Assembly: GCA_964016885.1 (NCBI GenBank)
Contig: OZ024745.1
Span: 68,324,001 to 68,388,000 of the forward strand
Reading direction: 5' to 3'
Origin: Eledone cirrhosa
Taxonomy: Eukaryota
Length of the DNA: 64,000 nt
Each line of letters starts with the position of its first letter. The stretch's first letter is position 1. The translations under genes were made by a program, and so were the position numbers. The notes beneath the pieces were generated by a model, which saw only the letters and a list, made by a program, of their open reading frames with translations, had not been told where the DNA came from and did not search any database. Positions 13,762 to 29,077 of this stretch are shown here, one piece after another.

Positions 13762-13875
13762 GGAATTACCCCCTGAGAAGCTCGGCTAATCAAATACCAG
13801 GATAAAAATTTTCCTTTAGTCCAGAATTAGCCGTCGAAACGGCTTGAGCTCAGCCGTCGGGGTCCTACTCGTTCC
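13762..13875 (+). ncRNA. Family A hammerhead, the only full-length copy
   Basis: ACCCC-CTGAGAA-G.CGGCTAAT(..)ATTAGCCG.C-GAAA-CGGCT TGAGCTC AGCCG-TC^GGGGT. G8 reads A in this copy. Confidence 0.7.
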
Positions 13876-13894
13876 TATATATATAATATATATC

Positions 13895-14033
13895 ACATAT
13901 GAAACGTAGAATCAGTGTTGCGGCGAATAAAATTTATTAGACATATTACAATCGTTTCTCTGGCGACCAGCTGGAGGCACGATCGATGTAATGATCGAAT
14001 CTGACTCTGAAATCGTAAGGTTTTCAGAGTTTT

Positions 14034-14038
<5 letters not shown>
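13895..14038 (-). mobile_element. Family F fragment
   Basis: Aligns with 49770-49890; GAAACGATTGTA^ATATGTCTAATAAA on the minus strand. Confidence 0.7.
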
Positions 14039-14077
<39 letters not shown>

Positions 14078-14079
<2 letters not shown>

Positions 14080-14245
14080 CGAAGGAAATGTGGTAAGGAA
14101 CCAGGTGGACCATAACGCACCAAAGTACTCAATACTTAGGGTAGTAGAGTGGGTAATAGGAACGAGTAGGACCCCGACGGCTGAGCTCAAGCCGTTTCGA
14201 CGGCTAATTCTGGACTTGAGCTCAGCCGTCGGGGTCCTACTCGTT

Positions 14246-14249
<4 letters not shown>
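14078..14249. mobile_element. Family A fold-back insertion
   Basis: Long arm to 14216; short arm ends GTTCCTA; (TA)n flanks. Confidence 0.85.
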
Positions 14250-14316
<67 letters not shown>

Positions 14317-14370
14317 GTGTGTGTGTGTGTGTGTATGTATATATACACACACATATATATATATATACAT

Positions 14371-14433
<63 letters not shown>

Positions 14434-14758
14434 CACAAACACACACATAAATGCACACACATGTACACACCAACATAACAACACCCACACGGATACGGTC
14501 ACGTATAATGAATATATTCCACTATTTACAAAACAATATACATTAATATACGCATATACAACATGACAATACTTCGTCCTCCCCGAATACGCACACACGT
14601 ATGTGTATGTGAGTGTAGATGATTTTTGTGTCTCCTTGTATCTCTCTCTCGCTCTCATATATATATATACACGCATACGCACACACACACATATATATAT
14701 ACACACACATATATATGTGTGTGTGTGTATATATACATACACACATATATATGTGTGC

Positions 14759-14873
<115 letters not shown>

Positions 14874-16304
14874 CGTCTGTACGTCTGTACCTGTGTATAT
14901 GTGTACCCGTACATATGTGTGTGTATGTGTGCGTTTGTCAATACAAATGTTTATGTTTATTATGTTAGGATTATGCTTCCTGCATAAATCAATGTCATAA
15001 AATAACTGAGACGTTGGGTCAGAAATTTTGCTTCTCTATAACTAGATATTGCTTTTTCTTTTGTAAAACTAAATGTGTTTTTTTTTTAACGTCTTTCAGT
15101 TCAAAGAATTCAGTCTTTCTGCCATGTTTGTTGTAAGCCTAAAACATGAATAGACTTTTAGAAATCTGAAGGCTGCCATCATAGTATTTTGTTTTTAGAA
15201 AGAATGCTATATATTTATAAGAGTGCGCATATATCTATCTAGAATGATCTTTCATCTTTCAATCTCATTGTTCTCTCTATTTCCCCTCATTCCTTTTTTT
15301 CCTTTAGATTTTAAATACGATCTCTACGTCTTATCTAAATGGTAGGTTTTCTTGCTCAAGGATTTGTCGTAACTTTATAGAATTATTTTTCACTCTCCTA
15401 CAGCGTCTTAAATTTCTTTGCTCAGTGCCACCTTCCATTCCAGCAAATCTCATTCTAACCTGTTCTTTTCATACAGCGGAACGGCTGTCTATTCCTTTAT
15501 TCTGAGCTATATATATTTACAAAAATAGAACATATATACAACTTTACTGATATGATGCAGGTTCCCTAAAAATAAATATGAGTCATCAAATGCTCCTTTT
15601 GGCTGCCATTTTACCCCGTGGCATCTATTTTTGGTTCAGTGAAATTTGAGTGTGCTGACGTCAGTGAATGGCACGGCGCCAATGTTTTGACGAGAGTATA
15701 TATGTGCGAAACAGAGGTGAGTAGGAAAGAATATATGGAGAAAGAGGGAGGAGGTAATTGAAGAAAGGTAAATACAGAAGGTAATGGGAGGGAGAAACTG
15801 AAGGGAATAGGGAATAGGGATTTCAATTTGATTATAAATTGAAGGGATTCTCTGCTCTGATGTGGTGTGGTGTGTTAGAGTAGTTGAACATATACCGGGC
15901 TTAACCTCTTTACAAACACAAGCAAACATACACACACACACACTTACATGCGTGGCATGTAAGTGTGTGTGTATTTGTATGTTAATCCTTTGTATGTGTA
16001 CATGAGAATGCCCTTGTTTGATAGAGCTAAGCTGCCCTGCTGTTTCAGCCCAGTTTCAAAATGATTCTCATAATTTCCGACGACGATTATAATATTTTCT
16101 GAAGAAAGAACTTTGTAATTGTCTTATATTTATAAGAAAATAAACTTGTTACACATCGAGGGAGTCAGCTCCTAATAAAAAGTTCCGCACCTCATGGTGT
16201 TCGCGTAGGTTTTTATTATTAAAACATTAATTAATCCATCCAGCAGTGGTTAATCAATGAATCTACTCTTTACCAAATCATCCTGAAATACACTGCAAAG
16301 AAAA

Positions 16305-16740
16305 TTGCTTCTACTTTTGGCACAAGGCCAGCAATTATCTCAGTGTGTTACTGATACTTTATTTTATCGACACAGTAAGGATGGAAGGCAAAGTTAACCT
16401 TGGTGGGATTTGAACTCAGAACGTAAGCGGCCGTAACTCTATGCTGCTAAGTATGTCTGACGCTCCACGGATACTGCCAATCCATAATAATAATAATTGT
16501 TTCTTCTTTTGGCACAAAGCAGGCAATCACCCAGTGTATTACTGGTACTTTATTTTATCGATCCCATAATGGTTTCTTATATAGGCACAGGGCCAGTAAT
16601 TTTGGGAGAGGGGAAAGTCGATTAAATCGACCCCAGTGCGTGACTGGTACTTTATTTTATCGACCCCGTAAGGATGGAAGGCAAAGTTAACCTTGGCGGG
16701 AATTGAACTCAAATCATAAAGAGCCATAACTCTATGCTTT
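16305..16740 (-). mobile_element. SINE-1 cluster (2-3 copies or fragments)
   Basis: Repeated CTGGTACTTTATTTTATCGACCCC..GGATG.AAGGCAAAGTTAACC..TTGAACTC. Confidence 0.8.
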
Positions 16741-17084
16741 TCGTTTATGTTTATCACACATGGATGGTTGCTTGTGTTCTTGTTGAACACGAGGGACGCA
16801 ACTGGTTTTATCTGCCAAATATTGATGTCTTCCCATTCTACCAGTGTAGTGAAAATTCCACTCAGGAAAAACGTATTTATAAGGAAAGATGCTTCATTAC
16901 CAAATTCCAATAGTAATGACCGAAATAATAGGATAGAGAATACAAGCGGCCGAAATATGATTCCGCCGAAGTGTCTTGGGAGTAACGTTACTCGATAAAG
17001 TGTGTAGCTTAGAGATGAAAGAATTGTTCCAGGTAGTGCCGCTTCTTCTCCGAATTTAGGGCCACAGCTTTGATACTACGGTCA

Positions 17085-17174
17085 AGAAGAAGAAGAAGAA
17101 GAAGAAGAAGAAGAAGAAGAAGAAGAAGAAGAAGAAGAAGAAGAAGAAGAAGAAGAAGAAGAAGAAGAAGAAGA
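17085..17174. repeat. (GAA)n microsatellite
   Basis: Pure tract. Confidence 0.95.
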
Positions 17175-17763
17175 ATATGTATCTAGAGATGTTCTTCATT
17201 AATTATACCGTAAAGTTAGTTCTGAGATTGTTTTTTCAGAATTAATTGCTGTATCCTAAATTTAATTAATTTAAAAAAAAATTAATTTTGTATAACCGGC
17301 ATGGTTGTGTGGTTAAAGAGTTCGCATTGCAGCCACACAGTTTTAGGTTCAGTCCCACAAAGCAAAACCCTGGGCAAGTGCATGCACACACATTCCCCAG
17401 TACTTTTGAGCGGCTCATACGCATAAGTTCCGAAGTCCTTCGGAGCGATACAGGCACACATTATCTGAAATTCTTTAGAGCGACGTATGCGCACACATTA
17501 CGACGTTCTTTGGTGCAAAACATCTGAAATTTCTGGGATCGACACATACCCAGACGTTTCGACGTTCTCTGGTGCAAGACATGCTCATACGTTCTGATGT
17601 TCTTGGGAGCGATACATTAGCACGTCTTCTGAAGTTGGTGGTTTTTTCATACACAAAAACGTACCTAAATTCGATATACACACAACAACTGGTAATGAGT
17701 GTGAAAGTATAAGGAAAATAAATCGAAAATGCAACTGGAATCTTTTTAAGAATATTTATATCT

Positions 17764-17807
17764 TTCCTTTACCGGTTTCGCAGTTCTTATGCTTTTCAAA
17801 AGTAGAA
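17764..17807 (-). ncRNA. Type I hammerhead, TTGAAAA core (family M, 17700-17847)
   Basis: TTCTACTT-TTGAAAA-GCAT AAGAA CTGC-GAAA-CCGG-TA^AAGGAA. Confidence 0.7.
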
Positions 17808-17843
17808 TGGAGATGGAGGGTTTGTGGCTTCTCGATTTCTTTT

Positions 17844-17915
<72 letters not shown>

Positions 17916-17934
17916 GATATATATATATATACGA

Positions 17935-18270
17935 TATATTATCAAATGGAAACTATATTTGTAAAACCATATTTATTTCATTATACATATTTCAAGGACA
18001 CCAAGTTAAATTATGGTGTGCTTTCATCCGATAAAATATAATATAGAGCAGTTTTATAAATAAATATTGACATACCCTTAAAGAATGCGACCATTTCTGT
18101 TGGAAGCTCCGGATAGTCCTTGAAATATGTATAATGAAATAAATATGGTTTTATAAATATAGTTTCCATTTGATAATATATCGTATTTTTACTCCAATAA
18201 TTTGTTGAGTGCTTTATATCAGTTATAAAAATATTTGCTTGTTGTATCCCAACAATTTAAATAGAACTTC
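17935..18270. mobile_element. Family C fold-back insertion (HHR 17974-18038 minus, core mutated to CGGATGA)
   Basis: Arms 17930-17999 and 18115-18184; homologous to 46330-46773. Confidence 0.8.
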
Positions 18271-19164
<894 letters not shown>

Positions 19165-19322
19165 CATATATATATATATATATGTGTGTTTACATACAGA
19201 ATAGCTGGACACTCACAGTAAAGTGACCAGTGAAAAACTCGGTACATCTACATATGTATACGTGTGTGTATTCATATGCATACTAGTATTTCAGTATACA
19301 TATGTGGATGTACATTTTTAAC

Positions 19323-19468
<146 letters not shown>

Positions 19469-19498
19469 GTATATATGTATATTTATATATATATATAT

Positions 19499-19641
19499 AA
19501 CGAAGGAAATGTGGTAAGGAACCAGGTGGACCATAACGCACCAAAGTACTCAATACTTAGGGTAGTAGAGTGGGTAATAGGAACGAGTAGGACCCCGACG
19601 GCTGAGCTCAAGCCGTTTCGAAACGGTCCTACTCGTTCCTA
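19499..19641. mobile_element. Family A fold-back insertion
   Basis: Same two termini as the other family A copies. Confidence 0.8.
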
Positions 19642-20047
19642 TATATATATATATATATATATATGCATAATAAGGTGTATGATATTTTATATATTTAGAT
19701 AACTAGGTTACTGTTATATACATAGATATACACACAGAAACATATATATATATATATATATAAACATATATATATATAGTCGTCTGTACCATATGGTGTG
19801 TTATTATTATGCTTTCGTTATTTTGCTAGTTATTTTTAGCCTACTCTTGCATGTTTCTCCTCTCTACCTTCTTTATATATTGCTGTTGTTCACCTTTACT
19901 AATTCCATTTTGCTTACATGCTCTTATCTACACTTTACTCACATTAGTTTCTGTACCCCTTCTCTCTCTCTCTCTCCTCTCTCTCTCTCCCTCTCTCTTT
20001 CTCTATCTATTTATATCTCTCACTTTCTCTCATTCTCTCTCTTTATA

Positions 20048-20106
<59 letters not shown>

Positions 20107-20228
20107 TTATATATATATATTTATATATATATATATACATACACATGTATATATATGTACGTAGCTATGTATGTATTTATGTATACATACATATCTATCC
20201 TTCTAGAAATGTACCTCCTTATCCATCC

Positions 20229-20308
<80 letters not shown>

Positions 20309-20788
20309 GTCTTCTGTCTGCCCATCATTTACCTTTCTATCTGTGTGTAATGTCTTACAACATAAGTTCTGTCTTTCTCTTCCTATCTATGTTAAACCGT
20401 CCTTCTCAAACACCCCAGCACTCTCTTCTTCTTACTTTCAACGTCTGCAATGCTTCCACCACATTATGCCCTCAGCCCCCACCTTCTCGCCGCCATCTCA
20501 CTTCTTCAATCATTTACACTTAACTATTCTATGTGATTTCCGCTAGGGCTTTTACCGAAAGGGGAAACTAGAGAAGGAGCAGTCAGCAATGGAAAAATAC
20601 TGGGTAAACCTGGCTGACGACGTTAAGTATCGGTTAATCTCGATTCCCTTCTAATATTACCATATATAGACCCATGACAACTTAACACAGAGTTCAGGCG
20701 ATAGGAAATACTGATGCCTGCTCAAAATAGATTATTTTATAGAATTAGATCTATCTAAAGAAATAATGGCAACGATGTATGTGTGTAT

Positions 20789-20924
<136 letters not shown>

Positions 20925-20974
20925 CTGTCATTTTATATATATTTGTATGCATATATATATATATATATATATGC

Positions 20975-21056
<82 letters not shown>

Positions 21057-21379
21057 ATAAAAATGTGTATATATATATCTCCATATAAATGAATATATAT
21101 ACACGTTTGTATATATATGTTTGTATATATATATATAAATATATATATACGTGTGTGTGTGTATGTACAATCGTATATATATATATATATATTTATTTAT
21201 ATGGATATATAGAGATAGATAGACAGACATAGACAAATAGAAAGATAGATAGATGTTAAGGCCATTATTCAGCTTAGTACTTCATACATAAAAATGTAGA
21301 TACTATTATAGAATCTAGGGCCCAACGACGAAGCTTAAAGCTTTTCGATAGCAAGTGAACTATATATATATATATATAT

Positions 21380-21538
21380 AATTGTTTCTACTTTTGGCAC
21401 AAGGCCAGCAATTATCCCAGTGTATTACTGGTACTTTATTTTATCGACTTTGCCTTTCATCCTTACGGGGTCGATAAAATAAAGTACCAGTAATGTACTG
21501 GGTTATAGCTGGCCTTGTGCCAAAAGTAGACACAATTA
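21380..21538. mobile_element. Fold-back of two SINE-1 3' halves
   Basis: 21380-21448 is inverted at 21470-21538. Confidence 0.8.
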
Positions 21539-21582
21539 TGTATAATCAATAAAGGTCTTGATGTGAAACCTCGCTTTGTTTT

Positions 21583-21631
<49 letters not shown>

Positions 21632-21636
<5 letters not shown>

Positions 21637-21764
21637 ATAGCCGTCGAACGGCTTGAGCTCTGCCGTCGGGGGTCATACTTTTTCCTATTTCCCACTCTAC
21701 TACCCTAAGTATTGAGTACTCTGGTGCGTTATGGTCCATCTGGTTCCTTACCACAATTCCTTTG

Positions 21765-21766
<2 letters not shown>
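21632..21766 (+). mobile_element. Family A variant fragment
   Basis: AGAAATAGCCGTCGAACGGCTTGAGCTC..CACAATTCCTTTGTT into (TA)n. Confidence 0.78.
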
Positions 21767-21843
<77 letters not shown>

Positions 21844-22002
21844 TGTATATATATATATATATACTGTATATATATATATATATATATACTGTACTCTTCA
21901 CAATATTACACCAGGATTGACCATACGAAATGACCAGTTCTATCCAGTGGTGAACCAACAAACCTTAAGAAATATATACTGTGTATATATATATATATAT
22001 AT

Positions 22003-22282
22003 AACGAAGGAAATGTGGTAAGGAACCAGATGGACCATAACGCACCAAAGTACTCAATACTTAGGGTAGTAGAGTGGGTAATAGGAACGAATAGGACCCC
22101 GACGGCTGAGCTCAAGCGGTTTCGACGGCTAATTCTGGACTAGACAAAAAATTTTATTTAAAATTTTTTTTTATTTTTTTATTCTGGTATTAGGATAGAA
22201 ATACCAGGATAAAAAGTTTTATTTAGTCCAGAATTAGCCGTCGAAACGGCTTGAGCTCAGCCGTCGGGGTCCTACTCGTTCC

Positions 22283-22284
<2 letters not shown>
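22003..22284. mobile_element. Family A fold-back insertion
   Basis: Longest family A hairpin, turning at ~22195. Confidence 0.85.
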
Positions 22285-22326
<42 letters not shown>

Positions 22327-22425
22327 TGTAAAATCCGCACCGCGGCCGTCAAGCGGTTTCGGCTTGTGTGTCAAACTCTCTCTCTCTCCCCACTCTCTCT
22401 CTCTCCCCCTTCTCTCTCTCTCTCC

Positions 22426-22561
<136 letters not shown>

Positions 22562-23150
22562 GCATACTCATTATTTTATATAGAAATTTCTATCACAGGA
22601 CTCATATCAGTTTTAGTCCTGGGGAAGTCATTTCTATATAAAATAACTATGCTTATACCCAACTTATTGTTCGATAAAAAGAGATCGTGCCACCATTGAA
22701 TGTCTATCTCTCTTAATTATTGTGGGGGATAGGAAAACCGATTACATTGGTCCCAGTCCGTTACTGCGATCATGTAAGTATGAAAGGCAAAGCTAACTTC
22801 GGGATTTGAACTCAGAACGAAATTGTCCGACGCGCTACCGATATTGCCACTCCATCTCTCTTATCTCCTTATAATATATAACCAGCAATTTCTCTGTCTG
22901 TCTGTCCGACAGTGGAAACACGTACGCGCGTGGTTGCTATCTCTCTCTCTCTCTCCAGCTATCCCTCTCTTTTAGTATGTCTGTTTCTCTCACTCTCACT
23001 CTTTCTCTTTGTAACACACTAACATTCCTCCCCTCGATCGCTGTGACGAATGGGGAGATGGAGGAGGAGGAGGAGGAGAGAGTCATTTCGTCACTTCACC
23101 TCTGCCTTTCTTTCTCTCCCCTCTCACTCCCTCATTACGTACAGACATTA

Positions 23151-23321
23151 GGGCGGTGGATTGGCAGAATCTGTAGAGAGTCGGACACCATGCTTCATAG
23201 CATGGAGTTACGTCCCTTTATGGTCTGAGTTCAAATACCGCCGAGGTTAACTTTGCCTTTCATCCTCACGGGGTCGATAAAATAAAGTACCAGTAATGTA
23301 CTGGTTAATTGCTGGCCTTGT
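23151..23321 (+). mobile_element. SINE-1
   Basis: GGCGGTGGATTGGCAGAATC..GAGTTCAAATACC..GCCTTTCATCC..GTCGATAAAATAAAGTACCAG. Confidence 0.85.
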
Positions 23322-24019
23322 TAGAGTAAATAATATTCAAATGTAAAGCTTAGAACACGAATACGTGTAGAAATTATTCGACTGCCACAGATATTTAATC
23401 GGAATAGGCTGAACATCTGAAAAAGGTTGATTAGTATCTTAGATTTTGGGCTTATTTTAAACTCTTCCTACTATTTTAAACTCTTATTTGACAGAATCAC
23501 CTGCTATTTTAATAGATTTGTTTGGGAGATAACTGATGTTGAAAGCAATAACACTATTATCTGGTCGTTTTCATCAATGTTTTCACGTTAAAATCTAATC
23601 ACATGGCGTTCAGAAGTATCTTGTTAATAAAAAAACTCAAGTTAAATGAATGCGTTAGTGTCATGATGAGTGTTCCATTCTTTGATAAAAGAAACATACT
23701 GTTCGTGAACGTAATGTGCGAGTCAAACTGATCCCTCCACATACATGCGTGTACTTTTAACGTAATTCCTCGGGAGATTCAGCATGACACAGAGTATGAT
23801 AAGATTGACCTCATGAATTACGCGTACAACCCATCCGATGAGCTTCCAAACAGTATCTGTCTACCCAATGTAGGATGAGTTGCTACTCAACCAGCTTCCT
23901 TCTACTTCACTCTAGTTGCTAGATCATGGACAGTATCAGCCAGAACCAGATAAATGTGTATCAGGTTTTGCTACACAGCCTGAACCGGATAGATGTATAT
24001 CAATTGAGATAGATATATG

Positions 24020-24250
24020 CCAGGTGAGACAATTACGTGGACAAAGGCGTGTCAGGCGTGATTCTGGCATTGGTAAGGGCAGTTTAATTGTGATACATAT
24101 ACAGAGAAAGGTAAATTAGGTGTTATAATTATATTGACAAAAGTAAGCCAGGTATTGCAATTATGTGGACAAAGGCGAGTCAGGTGTGACACTGGCATTG
24201 ACAAAGGTGAGTTAGGTGAGTCAATTATGTGGAGAAAGTTCAGTCAGACG
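24020..24250. repeat. Degenerate ~31-bp minisatellite
   Basis: Recurring AGGTG..AATTATGTGGACAAAGG..TC. Confidence 0.55.
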
Positions 24251-24980
24251 TTATAACTACTCTCGGGTTCCAAATAATAGGGGTGGAATAAACGGGGAGG
24301 GAGAACGGTAATTGTATAATGTACGTTCCTAAATATAGGATTTCTTGTAATGTTCTTTTTTTTTGAACGGGATTTGAACTCAGTTCGTAAAGGGACGTAA
24401 CTCTATGCTGTAAAGCATGGCGTCTGACCCTCTACCGATACTGCAAATCCACCACCATCAATACAAATAATGCATGATTTCAGACGGGATAACAAATGCA
24501 ATATAGAGTCAAACAAACGTGCTAAATCTACTTTATGAAGAGGTAAACTAATTAAAGCTGAGAATATATAGTTAGATCCAGACACAGCAATAGGACAAAT
24601 TAAAATACAGCCATCCACACAAACAATTAGAAGAAGATGTACTTGATAAGATTACAACGTAGAATACAGAGGGGGAATATGGAAATTAGAAAATAACAAC
24701 AGCAAAAGCACACACACGCATACAGAGTCACACACATGTACATACACACGCGCGGGGGCTTGGTGGGGGTGGGGGTGGAATAGTCAAAGCAATATTAGAT
24801 GCCAGAAATAAGTATATATGTGCGAATACATAAGTATAACTATCTCTGCCATAAACTAGAGCTTCCATAAAATAAATTGGAAGTTAAGTGAAATGAAGAG
24901 ACTAGATAGGAAAAACGGAAACTACTCCCCGCATTCTGAACCTATCAACCTGAAGCAGATATGGATATAGGATGTATCTA

Positions 24981-25055
<75 letters not shown>

Positions 25056-25540
25056 AATAATATAGGATATGTCTACAATACACACATACACATGAATATA
25101 CGATATATCTATCACACACAGGAATGAAAGGGGCGGGATACAAATAGAAAAATTATTGCAAGTAGTCTCACTGGGTCTAGAAAAATACTTAGAAGATACA
25201 AACAAAAATAGAGTGATTAGTTTAGTGAAGGAGCAATGTTAAAAAAATTATTGTAAACACCAGAAGCTAATTATACAGATAGAAAAGGGTTAGATAAGGA
25301 CGAAACAATAGAAAAGTAATAACAGAAAGGAATTAAAAGATAAAATCAAGTTGGATTTGGAAATAGACTAAAGAGAAAATGAAGAGAGAAAAAAATCTTC
25401 TCCGCCTTCTGTAAGTCTAGACAAAAAGGATATGAATCAGTAGGAAATCTGACAATGGCCTCAAGACAGAAATGGAAGATTTGGATTTAAGCTGAACAAA
25501 ATAAATTCCCAGCTGGAAAAATAATCTACCGAAATAATAA

Positions 25541-26232
25541 TAATTGTTTCTACTTTTGGCACAAGGCCAGCAAATACCCAGTGCATTACTGGTACTTTAT
25601 TTTATCGACCCCCGTAAGGATGAAAGGCAAAGTTAACCTCGGCGGGATTTGAACTCAGAATGACAAGGGCCGTAACTCTATGCGTCAAAGCATGGCGTCC
25701 GACCCTTTACCGATACTGCCAGTCCACCGTAATAATAATGGTTCCTGATTTAGGCACAAGGCCAATCATTTTTTGGGGGGAGGGGAAAGTCGATTATATC
25801 GACCCCAGTGCGTGACTGGTACTTTATTTTATCGACCTCCTCGTAAGAATGAAAGGCAATGCTAACCTCGACAGGATTTGAACCCAGAGCGTAAAAGGCC
25901 GTAACTATATGTCACAAAGCATGTGGTCCGACGCTCTACCGATACTGCCAAATCCCCCACCATCTTTAATAATCATAATAATTATTTCTACTTTAGGTAC
26001 AAGGCCAGCAATTACCCAGTGCATTACTGGTACTTTATTTTATCGACCCCGTAAGGATGAAAGGCAAAGTCAACCTCGGCAGGATTTGAACTCAGATCGT
26101 AAAAGGACGTAACTATGCTGGAAAGCATGGCGTCCGACCCTCTACCGATACTGCCATAATAATAATGGTTTCTGATTGAGGCACAAGACCAACAATTTGG
26201 GGGGAGAGGAAAGTCGGTTAAATCGACCCCAG
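25541..26232 (-). mobile_element. Head-to-tail array of four SINE-1 copies
   Basis: Copies at ~25541-25730, 25738-25955, 25980-26156 and 26165-26232 (partial), separated by (AAT)n tails. Confidence 0.85.
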
Positions 26233-26644
26233 TTATTGGCTTCTTTGAAACCTGTATCGGTGCTGTACAGAAATGCATTATAAAACTACATAACATAATG
26301 TTGATTGCTTAATCTGTTGTTCTATTATTTTATTTCGATAGTTAGCAGTGGGTTGGGTGAATCGTTAGAGCGTCTGACTTTGTTCCGAGTTCAAATCCCG
26401 CTGAGGTCATATTTGCCTTCTCTGTTCTAACGGTAATAATAACAACAACAAACAACTAAATATATAACATATTTAAGTGGAAATTAATTAAATTGGCGTC
26501 GGTAATTGACTGGTACTTTATTTATCGACCATTAGTTTTATAACGTATTTTGTGTACAGTATCGATGCAGGTTTCTAAAGAATTCCATAACTGGTTCTCG
26601 GTATTTTTAATGGTGAGAGAGAAAAACGGTGAAAATCAGGTGCC

Positions 26645-27045
26645 ACTTTAGTGTGTGGTCAACCTGGTCATTTGCAATCTAGTGTGCGGTCTACCTGGTC
26701 ATTTACACTTTAGTGTACGGTCTACCCGGTCATCTACAGTTTAGCGTGTGGTTTACCTGGTCATTTACAATTTAGCGTGTGGTCAGCCTGGTCATCTACA
26801 GTTTAGCGTGCGGTCTACCTGGTCATTTAAACTTTAGCGTGCGGCCTACCTGGTCATTTAAACTTTAGCGTGCGGCCTACCTGGTCATTTAAACTTTAGC
26901 GTGCGGCCTACCTGGTCATTTAAATTTTAGCGTGCGGTTTGCCTGGACATTTACAGTTTAGCGTGCGGTCTACCTAATCATATATATATTTATAATTTAG
27001 TGTGCGGACTATCTACTCATTATATTTCAGCGTACGGCCTACCTC
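26645..27045. repeat. 31-bp minisatellite, ~12 units
   Basis: ACTTTAGCGTGCGGCCTACCTGGTCATTTAA; units start at 26831, 26862, etc. Confidence 0.92.
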
Positions 27046-27216
27046 AACTGAAAAACTATATAATGCAGGATGATAAAAACAAATTGAATGATGTTGAAGA
27101 ATGATTTATTGTTTATAACATACATTTAATCATCACAATCAAAATCACAATACCAGACCTAGGTCTCTGTAAATAGGTCAAGTCAATACACTGACTACGA
27201 ATACAGCTAAAATAGA

Positions 27217-27399
27217 GTTTCTACTTTTGGCACAAGGCCAGCGATTACCCCAGTGCATCACTGCTACTTTATTTTATCGACCTCATAAGGATGAAAGGCA
27301 AAGTAAACCTCGGCGGATTTAAACTCAGAACGCAAAGGGCCATAACTATGCTGCAAAACATGGTGTCTGACGTTCTACTGATACTGCCAAACCACCGCC
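27217..27399 (-). mobile_element. SINE-1
   Basis: Full-length match to the other copies. Confidence 0.85.
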
Positions 27400-28009
27400 C
27401 TAATACAGCTAAAATAGAACCAAAATAAACATCACAAGGTATTTTTGTTAGAAAGCACTGCTTTATCGGGATATCTTGGTGCATTTTATAGCAAGTAGAT
27501 CACCCATAGAGTGAGGTTCACCTCTATGATTTCAAAACATGTTCGTTACATGCTGAGAGAACAAAACAGGAAACAAATTTTAAACGATATAAAATTAATT
27601 AAAAGCATATCAGATATGTTAGAGAAACTGTAATACAAGTTACAATGGTTGTTCGAGCTCGTCAGAGACAGACTGGTAACTAATCATTACGTAACTATCA
27701 GCTATATAACAGTTTCAACAAAGGCACAGATAACAACTAATTTTTCTCTTCATTATCTGTTTCTATCAAATTACAACAATTCTAATTAGGAAGGGAATAG
27801 TTTCGCTCTCACATTTCTTTTTAGATTTTATATTATTTAACTATATATATTTTTTTTTTTTTATCAAACATGATACCTAGATAGTCATATAGCACAACTT
27901 TCACTTGTTTCCTCACATTTCTTTTATTTATTTCTCTAACGATAGTGTACTACTGATTAGTCTTGGAGCATGATGGATCCTATGTCGGTTTCGAGGATGT
28001 GCGATCAGT

Positions 28010-28355
28010 TTTTCGATTAACGGAACAATCTTCTCGATAAATTAAGGCATAAATGGCTGAATCACTCCAGGTAGAACCGCTACTTCTCCGATTTGAGAGA
28101 TCACAACTCCGATACTATGGGCATGTGGTTAGAATGTCTCAGGAAAGAATCACTGGACAGATTTTACGGGAAAAACCAACCAGCAGGAGACCCAAGGGCA
28201 GACTCCAAGTAAGAGAGTTGAATAACATCCATGAGCTTGACTGGTCTCGCTTGGGGAACCAGCTGGATCAGTTGGAGACGGTTGCTTCTGAGAGGACCCG
28301 CTGGAGGAAGTGTTTGAGGACTCTGCCTTTACGGCCCTCTCAGAAATAAGTGGGC

Positions 28356-28390
<35 letters not shown>

Positions 28391-28454
28391 AGAAGAAGAA
28401 GAAGAAGAAGAAGAAGAAGAAGAAGAAGAAGAAGAAGAAGAAGAAGAAGAAGAA
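28010..28454 (+). pseudogene. RTE-clade LINE 3' end with (GAA)n tail
   Basis: VEPLLLRFERSQLRYYGHVVRM..RRPKGR..RTRWR, a stop codon, then (GAA)n at 28356-28454. Confidence 0.85.
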
Positions 28455-29077
28455 GGGCTGAGTAGTCCACCAGTACGTGTATTCTTTAGATAATTCTCAG
28501 ACAGAATGAGAAGCTGGACATGTGAATTGCGTGTACAATCCATAGTTTCTGTCAACACCACAGACTATGATAAAAGTCACTAGCTCAAGATATCACTCAT
28601 TGCGAAGCTAACTACTTAACCTCTCAACGATACTTGAATCGACGCTGTAGCCGCATGTTTCAAACAAGCAATTTATGTATTCTTTTTCTAGTACTAGCCA
28701 GTTGTGTGTGGCAATGGTGGGATAGAATTTAGTAGTTTAAACCTTATAACACTTTGTGTAAAAAAAAAACTCCAATGCCACGCTCCAATAGAATAGCCAA
28801 TATTACGCTCTTATGGGACTAAGACAACAGATTCTTTACGTTGGTATGCAGGTGTTGTCTGATGCGTATTTATATTTTACATGAAATTTCTTTACATCAA
28901 ACATACACCTTACCCTTAAAGAATGAAAAAGACCAATGAATAATTGATTTTCTCCATATTAATAATTTAGGCGATATAGGGTTAAGAAAGGAAAGCCAAT
29001 GAAGTGTTAATAAGATAATGTTAATAAAATGTTGATAAATCCCAACATTGACCATAATATTATTTTTTGTTCTAGAA

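Noticed and set aside
20610-20650. Isolated CTGACGA
   Set aside because: No downstream GAAA, stem III or stem I pairing.
24258-24340. Possible DNA transposon end (TACTCTC..AATAATAGGGG..AATAAACG)
   Set aside because: No matching opposite terminal repeat was found.
26645-27045. CRISPR-like regular repeat
   Set aside because: Contiguous 31-bp units without unique spacers, no cas genes, and a eukaryotic context.
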